From positions 117,738,001 through 117,802,000 of the forward strand of contig OX597823.1 of the NCBI GenBank assembly GCA_951406725.2: 64,000 nt of DNA, written 5' to 3'. Of this stretch, positions 41,053 through 50,376 are shown in pieces. A program made the position numbers and the translations under genes. Position 1 is the first letter of the stretch. Every line of letters begins with the position of its first letter. A model generated the notes under the pieces. It was not told the DNA's origin. It did no database searches and worked only from the letters and a program-made list of their open reading frames with translations. This stretch comes from Octopus vulgaris (lineage: Eukaryota).

Positions 41053-41177
41053 CTGGAATTGGTTCCTTTGAAGTGGCTTCAGCTTCGAGCACCTCATGTA
41101 GCAACAATTCCAGCACATGTGGGAAGTAAGGTAGTTCAGTACAACAATGGGCTAGGGCCAGTGCATGAACACCCAAA
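41053..41177 (-). CDS. RIC1: RIC1 (RAB6A GEF complex partner 1) internal coding exon
   Basis: Manual translation of the minus strand gives [41 protein letters not shown](D). This matches my recollection of the metazoan RIC1 motif [28 protein letters not shown]. Flanked by ttttcag acceptor and gtaagt donor; 125 nt, ends in phase 1. Confidence 0.93.
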
Positions 41178-41839
41178 CTGAAAAGAATCAACGAAAATTA
41201 GTTTTAATGATTTAGTTGTAGTCAAAGTTGTCTGAACAACGTTATAGGTCATAAAATGAATTCATTGACAGCAAGGAAGAGCATCCATAGATTAACATTG
41301 GGCTCCTAAACTCGTGACTACCCAGGGCAACTGCTCAGTGTACCCATACCTTAAGAATACGGGGAGAAAGTGATAGTCAATTCAGATAAAGGCAAATTTG
41401 ATTCCACTTGAAAAACACAAAGCTACAAGCTGATTGTCATCACCGCCTTTTTTGTTCAAATAATTTCAGGCAAAGATGCAGACTGGAAACTGTCCCACAA
41501 ATACACATATGCACACGTGTGTGTGTATGTGTGTGTGTGTACATGTGCAACAGGCTTTCATACAATTTCTGGCACCTTCAGCATGTCTTCTACATTAGCC
41601 TTGAGCCAAGCAATTTCTTCATCATCATCATCATCCTTTAAAGTCAGTTAGGGAAACAGACATTAAAGGATGATATGATGATGATGATCATCATCATCAT
41701 CATCATCATGAAGGAATTGCTTGGCTCAAGGCTACAGTAGAGGATACTTGCCCAAGGTACGACCAATTAAGATAAAACTCAGAACCAAATAGTTAATAAG
41801 TGAACTCAATATCTGCACAACTATGCATATGCATGTCTG

Positions 41840-41871
<32 letters not shown>

Positions 41872-42049
41872 CAAACACACACACACGCACGCACACACAC
41901 ACACACAATCAACACTGAAAGGATGAAAGGCTAAGTTGGCACTGACAGGATTTGAAGTCAGAGTGCAGAGAGTCAGAACAAATACTGTGAGACATTCAAT
42001 TTGACAAACTATCGACTCTGCCATGCAAATGTGCATACATACGTGTGTT

Positions 42050-42501
42050 TATAATTATGAAAACAGATGCAAAGACAGAAACAGACATTTGCTATAAACC
42101 CACACATTCAAAGCAGTATCTTCTCCTCTCATCCTCAACATACAAGAATTCCATTTAACCTAGCTAAAAGAATTTGTACAATAGTATCAAGCCCATCAAA
42201 ACGTGATCAAAGACTAGCTGAAATGAAAAACATACTTATTCAAAGAGCATTTCTATAAAATCTAGTCACAAATGGAATAGAAAAGCAAAACTTATAGATA
42301 TTCAAGATCTAAAGCTAGTAAAAAGTACAACCACCAAGAAAAAAGTTTTACCATACGTGTCTACATTTAACCCTAGAAGTGCGGAAATATTTGGCCGTAT
42401 TTATAAAAACTTGCCTGTTTTTATATGAAGACTAAGAAATGGAAAAAAGTTTTGGAAAATCAATAAGTCATTATAAGTAAAAGAAAACCTAAGACATGGA
42501 A

Positions 42502-42558
<57 letters not shown>

Positions 42559-43200
42559 AAGATAAAAGTTCATAAACAAGTTTCCAACTTAATTATTATG
42601 AGATGTAGAAGGCCAAACTGTGCAACATGCTTATATTTGACCAAAGGATCAGAGTTCAACTTCAAGGAAGGACAAATCTTTAACCCCTTAGCATTTAAAC
42701 CAGCCATATCAGGTCCAAATATTCTGCCGGTTCTTTATTCAAACAGGCCAAATCAAGTCTTTCACACCTATCCTACATTGTCATTCTAAAAGTAAACAAT
42801 CACATCATCAAAATCTTGAAGCTATGAGATATTAAATGACCAAGTAAAAAACAATGTGAATAAGTGTTACAATTGACAAAGTAATTGGAAATCTAAAAGG
42901 TTTAAGTAAAATAGAATTTTACTTGCTACTCTCAGAATACAATTTATATAATAACATATTGTGGAGTTGTAGAGGTCCAGAAAACAATAGCAAACAAACT
43001 GGACTGACACAATGCAAATGAATGACAATACAGAGACAGCACATGAGTTATGAGTATACCAGAAAAATAGAATTAGGTGAACATATAGCAATATGTGCAG
43101 AAATACATCTACTTAATTTTAAAATATTTTCAGTTTGTAAATACTCAGATACAACTATAGAACCACAACAAATTAACAAAGAAAAATGATTTAAGAAATA
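42050..43200 (+). mobile_element. Decayed Penelope-like element (RT thumb, Cys linker, GIY-YIG)
   Basis: SSHPQHTRIPFNLAKRICTIVS...RLAEMKNIL, KVLPYVSTFNP, CRRPNCATCLYL. After the MITE: NFTCYSQNTIYIIT...QTG...MTIQRQH...EHIAIC. Confidence 0.8.
42680..42905. mobile_element. piggyBac-type MITE inserted in the Penelope fragment
   Basis: TTAA-ccccttagcatt...atctaaaaggt-TTAA. Penelope coding similarity resumes on both sides. Confidence 0.7.
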
Positions 43201-44074
43201 TAAGCCATGTTTAAATATTAAATTATTAATCACTGTTAATAATATACCCTGTTATAAAGAACACAACTATACAAGGACAAGCACTGCAAATTGCAGCACA
43301 TTCTTTTTAAAGATACTTAAAAAGTTAATTACTCATTCTCACTGAATGGCTCAAAAAGTGACGAGATGCACTAAATGTGAAAATATTTTGTGACTTAATA
43401 TATCAAATACAATTCCAACTAAGCTGTGTATTTTCATCTTTGTTTTCGTATCGTCATATTAGGAACATTTCAATCGCATGTGTGTGAGTGAGAGAGTGAG
43501 TGAGACAGTGTGTGAGTGAGTGAGACAGTGAGTGCGTGTGTGAGTGAGCGAGTGCATGTGTGAGCGAGTGCGTGTGTGAGTGAGTGCACGTGTGAGCGAG
43601 TGCATGTGTGAGTGAGTGCACATGTGAATGAATGCGTATATGTGTACATGCATGTTTGTGAATGCATTTTATACCATAAATAACACAACTGCCCTCAGAT
43701 ATGCTAAGTACTTGTTTTGACTTACAGACATCTCTATGACTAAGGATGTCTGTACTATTGTGTGTGTGTGTGTGTGTGTGAAATGTTGGGGTATTTAGGT
43801 GATCTGAATGAGAAGTCAGCCTTCCTTGAAAATATTCCACTTTTACCGTCAAAAGCCTGTCAGAGAAACTTGCATCTTGAAGCAATTATTTGATCATGTG
43901 TCACCCATTCTAATCTCAGATCTGATCAAACATTAAGGAGTCAAGAGGATTTAAATATATGGCTTCATCGGATGAGTCAAAAGTTAAAAAGAAGGGGAAA
44001 AGGAAAAAAACAAAAACAAAGCAAAATATTGATTTTTACCTACATGCCCATGTGATACACACAGAGCAAAATAA

Positions 44075-44162
44075 AGATATATATGTATATATACATAAAT
44101 AAAGATATGTATATATATATATAAATAAATAAAGATATATATATATATATACATAAATAAAG

Positions 44163-44199
<37 letters not shown>

Positions 44200-44212
44200 C
44201 ACATAAATAAAG

Positions 44213-44289
<77 letters not shown>

Positions 44290-44523
44290 CATATACATAT
44301 AAATATATATACACATATGTATATATATATACATATGTATATATATATACATATGTATATATATATACATATGTATATATATATACATATGTATATATAT
44401 ATACATATGTATATATATATACATATATATATATACACATATATATATATACATATATATATACATACATATATATATACATACATATATATATATACAT
44501 ACATATATATATATACATACATA

Positions 44524-44564
<41 letters not shown>

Positions 44565-44570
44565 ACATAC

Positions 44571-44601
<31 letters not shown>

Positions 44602-44609
44602 CATACATA

Positions 44610-44641
<32 letters not shown>

Positions 44642-44899
44642 CATACATATATATATATACATAAATATATATATATACATACATATATATATATACATAC
44701 ATATATATATATACATACATATATATATACATACATATATATATACATACATATATATATATACATACATATATATATATACATACATATATATATACAT
44801 GCATATATATATATATACATATATATATACATACATATATATATACATACATATATATATATACATACATATATATATATATACATACATATATACATA
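44075..44899. repeat. (TA)n/(TACA) compound microsatellite
   Basis: Direct inspection. Confidence 0.95.
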
Positions 44900-45052
44900 C
44901 ATCATCATCATCATCATCATTTAGCGTCCGCTTTCCATGCTAGCATGGGTTGGACGGGTCAACTGGGGTCTGTGAAGCTGGAAGGCTTCGTCAGGCCCAG
45001 TCAGATCTGGCAGTGTTTCTATGGCTGGATGCCCTTCCTAACACCAACCACT
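44900..45052 (-). mobile_element. Short RTE tail fragment
   Basis: (CAT)n-ttagcgtccgctttccatgctagcatggg...ggatgcccttcctaacaccaaccact. Confidence 0.85.
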
Positions 45053-45055
45053 CAA

Positions 45056-45491
<436 letters not shown>

Positions 45492-45580
45492 ATAACTTAG
45501 AATAACTTAGAAAGGTTTTTTGCCAGTATTGGCCCAGGCCATGTCTAACTTAATAGCACCACCTGGCGAAGTCTTTCAGT

Positions 45581-48500
45581 TCAGGATTTGGGCACCAAGG
45601 CCCATTCGAGCAGAGAGTTATTGTTTGCGGAGACATATCCGGGTGTGGATGGTTTGTCCGGTACTGTTTGAAGGAATTTGTCCAAAGACTTCTTGAATTT
45701 TGTGTGGTCAGTTTCTTTTTTGACGTGTCCTGGTGTAATGTTGAAGAGAGCGGGTCCAATTGAGGTGAAATAGTTGTGCCGTATTGTCGTTATGTGATGC
45801 GATTTAGATTTTTGTTGTGGACGGATGGCACGTGGTCCAAGCCTTGGATGCATTTTGAAGGTGATGCCAACATCATTCGGACAGTGCTGATGGAATATTT
45901 TCCACATCATACAGATAATGTAGCGTTCACGGCGTCGTTGGAGTGAATACAATTTCAGCTTCTCTAGTCTACCCCAGTAGTCAAGGTCTGACATGCCATC
46001 TATCTTTTTTGTGATTGACCTTTGGGGAGCTTCAATTCTCATAATATTTTGTTTTGTGTAGGGAGACCACAGTGGACAGCAGTATTCAAGGTGGGGTCGG
46101 GCAAAAGTGGAGAAGAGAAGGATAATAGCGTGGGAATCTCTCGACTGGAAGGTTCTGAGAATCCAGGAACACATTCTGCGGGCCATGTCAACTTTGCTGC
46201 TTATATGTGTAGCCCAGCTTATGTTGTTGTCCACTGTTACTCCCAGGTCTCTGATGTTGTTGGATGCCATGAGAATTTCTCCAGAAGGAAGAGAGTATGG
46301 GAGTTTCAGAGCGTCCTCTCTTCCAAAGTGGATCAGTTCGAATTTGTCTTCATTTAGCAACATGTTATTCTTTTCCGCCCATTGGACAACAGCCAGTAGG
46401 TCTGACTGAAGGTTTATTCGGTCATCCACGCCATTGATGACCTTCTGGAGCTTGGAATCATCAGCGAAGGTTCTGATGTTGCTGTGTTTGATGGTGTCAG
46501 TAATATCATTTATGTAGATGATGAAGAGAAGTGGGCCCAACACAGTGCCTTGTGGGACACCACTGCTGACTTTGGCTGGGCTGGATTTGACTCCTTCGAC
46601 TACAACATGTTGGGTTCTGTTAGAGAGGAAGCACTTGATCCATTGCAGCAGCTTTCCAGTGACACCAATATTGGACAGCTTTCTCAGAAGGATCTTATGA
46701 TCAACCCTGTCAAAGGCCTTGCTGAAATCAAGGTAGATGACATCAGTGTTGGAACCCTCTCCCAAGGCTCTCAAAATGTCATCAAAATGATGCAGTAGCT
46801 GCGTCAGGCAATCTCTCCCATTACGGAATCCATGCTGGTTGGGGTTCAGCATATTATGACTCTCAAGGAAGTGAGTCATACGCGATCTCAGCACCCTCTC
46901 AAATACCTTGATGATATGAGAGGTGAGTGAGATTGGACGGTAATTCACGGCAAGCGATTTGTTTCCTTTTTTGAAAACTGGGACAACAGACTGGGATAGA
47001 AGGTCTTCTGGTATATATCCAGCATCCAATGAGTTCCGCCACAGATTGGCTAGAGGGGGTGCAAGTTGGTTTTGACACATCTTCAAGACACAAGCAGGGA
47101 ACCTATCGGGACCTACTGCTGAATTATGCTTCATTTCCTTTATTGCTGCTAAGACATCAGGAGCGCCAAATGTTATGTCCGATAAAGTGTATTGGGGAGT
47201 AACATCACTGATACAGCCCAGATCAGTCATATCAGGATTGCTGAAAACAGAGCAATATTGTTTCTGCAATATTTCTCCCATGGTTTTGGCATTGTCTTGA
47301 AGAATACCATTTTCATCAATCAGAGGGCCAACAGTAGAACCAGTGACTCTGTGTTTTTTTGCAAATGAAAAGAACACTTTGGGATTGAGTTTGATCTTCT
47401 CAATGGCCCAGGCCTCTTCAGCTCTTCGCTGACTATTGATGATAGACATCATGTTGTTTTGGAGTTTATGTTTTTTAATCTCTAGCGACGAGATGGCAGT
47501 CAGGTTGGTGTGTTGCTGTTGACAGTATTTCAGCATGTTGATCTTTTTGTTGATTCTTTTAATTTTCCTTATGAGAGATTTTCTATTTCTAGGGATTCGA
47601 CACTTAGATTTGTTTGCAGATCTTAATGGGGTGTGTCTTGCACATATGTTCGTGATGGTGTCTACAAGTGACTGCCAGGACTTTTTGATGTTAGTGGGTG
47701 TGTATGTGTGCGTGAAGGACCAATCGACTTGTGCAAGATCATTATTGATCGCTTCCCAGTTTGCATTGTGGAAATCCATAGTGTCAAATGGATGAACAGG
47801 AGGGATGACATTTGTTTTGCATTTTGGCCAGTGAAATCTCAGATCACAGAGAACCATGTCATGGTCGGAGAGTAGGGTTTTCTCCACTGCAATATTGTGG
47901 ATAGTATCAGTGTGATTGCTGAAAATTAAGTCTAAGACGTTTTTGTGACATCTCGTTGGTTCGAGTACCAGTTGGGACAAGAAGAAGTCATCCATGAAGT
48001 CAAGAAGCGATTCCACTGCCTCCCTGTCAGGGGTTGAGAGAGAAGAACCTGGCAGCAGACTGTTTGTAGACCAGTCAACCCCGGGAAGGTTGAAATCTCC
48101 CATCATTAAAATGTTGTCAGGTTGACACTGCTGAATGAAACACTTTATGCTGTTGAGGCATTCCTTGAAGCATGGTAGGGGCGTTTGGGGTGGTCTGTAG
48201 AGCCCAACTACTGTTAAGTTGTTGGTTTGACTGAATACAGCGACTGCTTCGCAGTATCCATTCGAAAATATGTTCATGGCTTCTGTTGAGAATGAATCAT
48301 GGACATAAATGGCAGTCCCACCCTTTCTTCTGCCAACACGATCAGCACGAATGGTTTTGAAATTTTTAACTTTCACCTCGGCTTCCAAGTGGAGGTCACT
48401 AAGATGGGTTTCAGTGAGGACGAAGAAAGGGATGTGGTTTGGATGGGCCTCGACCCAGTCCTCCAGGAATCTTATCTTCCATTTTTGTGTATTGGTGGAA

Positions 48501-48598
48501 GGGCTGATGCCTTGGGCATTAAGCAGAAATGTTGAGGCGAGAGTGGATGGTTTTAATTGTTTTGGTGATTTGTTTATTTGATTGCTTTTTAATGGCAT
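45581..48598 (-). CDS. LINE ORF2: apurinic-like endonuclease + reverse transcriptase
   Basis: 1005 aa uninterrupted. EN motifs LNAQG, TETHL, YRPP, GDFN, SDH. RT motifs [33 protein letters not shown]1-like RPHLEYC. Confidence 0.96.
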   Translation of the reverse strand: MPLKSNQINKSPKQLKPSTLASTFLLNAQGISPSTNTQKWKIRFLEDWVEAHPNHIPFFVLTETHLSDLHLEAEVKVKNFKTIRADRVGRRKGGTAIYVHDSFSTEAMNIFSNGYCEAVAVFSQTNNLTVVGLYRPPQTPLPCFKECLNSIKCFIQQCQPDNILMMGDFNLPGVDWSTNSLLPGSSLSTPDREAVESLLDFMDDFFLSQLVLEPTRCHKNVLDLIFSNHTDTIHNIAVEKTLLSDHDMVLCDLRFHWPKCKTNVIPPVHPFDTMDFHNANWEAINNDLAQVDWSFTHTYTPTNIKKSWQSLVDTITNICARHTPLRSANKSKCRIPRNRKSLIRKIKRINKKINMLKYCQQQHTNLTAISSLEIKKHKLQNNMMSIINSQRRAEEAWAIEKIKLNPKVFFSFAKKHRVTGSTVGPLIDENGILQDNAKTMGEILQKQYCSVFSNPDMTDLGCISDVTPQYTLSDITFGAPDVLAAIKEMKHNSAVGPDRFPACVLKMCQNQLAPPLANLWRNSLDAGYIPEDLLSQSVVPVFKKGNKSLAVNYRPISLTSHIIKVFERVLRSRMTHFLESHNMLNPNQHGFRNGRDCLTQLLHHFDDILRALGEGSNTDVIYLDFSKAFDRVDHKILLRKLSNIGVTGKLLQWIKCFLSNRTQHVVVEGVKSSPAKVSSGVPQGTVLGPLLFIIYINDITDTIKHSNIRTFADDSKLQKVINGVDDRINLQSDLLAVVQWAEKNNMLLNEDKFELIHFGREDALKLPYSLPSGEILMASNNIRDLGVTVDNNISWATHISSKVDMARRMCSWILRTFQSRDSHAIILLFSTFARPHLEYCCPLWSPYTKQNIMRIEAPQRSITKKIDGMSDLDYWGRLEKLKLYSLQRRRERYIICMMWKIFHQHCPNDVGITFKMHPRLGPRAIRPQQKSKSHHITTIRHNYFTSIGPALFNITPGHVKKETDHTKFKKSLDKFLQTVPDKPSTPGYVSANNNSLLEWALVPKS

Positions 48599-49812
48599 GT
48601 GTAGTGGGGTAATAATGGTGGATGGCGGTGGGTGATAGCTCGGATGTTTTTTTCCAGTTCTTTTGCTAGATTCATTATAGCTAAAAAAGAGGAAGAAGAG
48701 GTGGTTTCCTGTCTAGGGAACCGCAGGTGACTGTGGCCACGGCTATTTTTATGTGAGTGGTTATCTTTAAATGTCCGACGAGTGCCCGGGAGATGGGTAA
48801 AGGGGCAATCCCTGTGCAAACACAATCTGTCTCGCTGGGAATAGCAGCAGATTTGGGGATTCCTTGTTTGAGATATTGGTGGTTGTGGTGATGTTGTATT
48901 ATGGTGGTTGCTGTTGTAGTTTGTGGGGATAGAGCGTTTTGTTCCAGGTAAATGGGTGAATTTGCAGTCTCTATCAGTGCACAGTCTATGGTGAAGAGAA
49001 TATCGGCAAATGATGGGGTTTCGAGTGGGTGTGTAGGTGCGTGTGTGTGTGTGAGCTGTGAAAGGTGTAGATGATAGTTTGTTGAAGTTTTGGCGACCTT
49101 TGTGACCTGTAGGAGGTAAATTCCTTGAGATAGCATTAGTAGTAGTAGCTGTAGTAGTAGTAGTAGTAGGTAGAAGAGATGTTGACAGTGGTAATGATTG
49201 AGGAGGTCGATTCCAAGACAAAGATGTTTGTCGATATATAGTGGGAGTAGTACTAGTAGTAGTAAGCAGAGGAGATGGTGTTGACAATGATGATGATTGA
49301 GCTGCTGGGGCAGTGAAAGGAAGGGGTGGTGCTTCCTGCTGTGTGACCCTGATGACTGGGGGGTCAATCGTTTCATTTAGCAAATCGGCCATTGTAGATG
49401 AATCAAGGAGTGGTTCATCCTGTTGTTGTTGTTGAGGTTGCTGTTGTTGCCTCTGAGGTTGTTGCTGCTGAAGTTGTTGTTGTTGCTGTAGCTGTTGTTG
49501 TTGTTGTTGCCGCTGAGTTTGTTGTTGTTGAGGTTGTTGTTGTTGTTGCGCCGGTGATGCATTCGAAGAGAAAACACATCTCAGTTTATCGAAGTGTTTA
49601 TTTATTAATTTAAAAGCAACTTCGATTTGTTTTAATTTATTTTGGATCTGCTGTTCAGATCGAGTTTGCAAATGGTGAACTGTTCGTTTAGCAATTTCGT
49701 TCAGACACGAAGCACCTATGCTCTCTGTTTCGGTAAGGCCATGCCATGTGTTGATAAGAACGTCGACTTCATTATCAGACCAGTTTTTGTTGGATTTTTG
49801 GTGGCTAGCCAT
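48589..49812 (-). CDS. LINE ORF1: Myb/SANT-like N-terminus, polyQ, two CCCH zinc fingers
   Basis: 407 aa ORF with NWSDNEVDVLINTW...RSEQQIQNKLK, a Q-rich tract and two C-x8-C-x4-C-x3-H motifs followed by LPGT. Homologous to the ORF at 53489-54601. Confidence 0.85.
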   Translation of the reverse strand: MASHQKSNKNWSDNEVDVLINTWHGLTETESIGASCLNEIAKRTVHHLQTRSEQQIQNKLKQIEVAFKLINKHFDKLRCVFSSNASPAQQQQQPQQQQTQRQQQQQQLQQQQQLQQQQPQRQQQQPQQQQQDEPLLDSSTMADLLNETIDPPVIRVTQQEAPPLPFTAPAAQSSSLSTPSPLLTTTSTTPTIYRQTSLSWNRPPQSLPLSTSLLPTTTTTTATTTNAISRNLPPTGHKGRQNFNKLSSTPFTAHTHTRTYTPTRNPIICRYSLHHRLCTDRDCKFTHLPGTKRSIPTNYNSNHHNTTSPQPPISQTRNPQICCYSQRDRLCLHRDCPFTHLPGTRRTFKDNHSHKNSRGHSHLRFPRQETTSSSSFLAIMNLAKELEKNIRAITHRHPPLLPHYTCH

Positions 49813-50253
49813 TCTGGTTGATATGTTTTATTAAATTTTATTTTGTTCGTTCGTTTTGTTGATTACTTTTAATTATTATTATTATTTTTTTTTTAAGGAG
49901 AAGTATGTAGAATTGATTGTACAGAATGTTTGTTGTAATACTGAGAAGTTTGTATTTGAATTATGAGCTTGTAGTTATTTTATCTTTCTTTTCTTTTCTT
50001 TTTTTTTTTTCCTCTTTTTCTAATTTTTAATGTGTGGGTGATCCTTTAGTTATCAGAAGGTGTTTGAAAATATTTGGTCGTTTGAAAATTATGAAAATAG
50101 TTTGTGGTTAAGGAAAAGTCTACTCACGAGTTGGGAAAAAGCGTGGTTTCAAATATACAGGAATATATGTGATGGTCAATTACGACGAATGTAGCTGTGA
50201 AGCTTGCTGCTGACCGGCGCAGAGAGGAGACATATATATATATACATATATAC

Positions 50254-50286
<33 letters not shown>

Positions 50287-50376
50287 CTTTGATACTTTGT
50301 TACTTTGATAGGTTTCGGCCATTATTGGCCCAGGCCATGTCTAACTTAATAGCACCACCTGGTGAAGTCTTTCAAG

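Larger units (their letters stand above)
45492..50231 (-). mobile_element. Full-length CR1-group non-LTR retrotransposon (copy 1), both ORFs intact, embedded in (TA)n
   Basis: 5'UTR, ORF1, APE-RT ORF2 and short 3'UTR ending in (TTCTAAGTTA)x2. TA microsatellite directly on both sides. Confidence 0.93.

Noticed and set aside
43800-43885. Possible further RIC1 exon (minus-strand MLQDASFSDRLLTVKVEYFQG)
   Set aside because: Does not resemble the expected upstream RIC1 sequence (YLHHILRQLL.RN) and runs into a CA repeat.
46022-48581. Plus-strand ORFs antisense to LINE ORF2 (also 50572-53420 and 59219-59851)
   Set aside because: Short shadow ORFs opposite a real coding frame, with no recognisable domains.
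50305-50345. Hammerhead ribozyme in the CR1 3'UTR (ggccaataatggcc-GAAAC)
   Set aside because: A stem plus GAAA is present, but there is no CUGANGA box upstream and copy 1 lacks the GAAAC.
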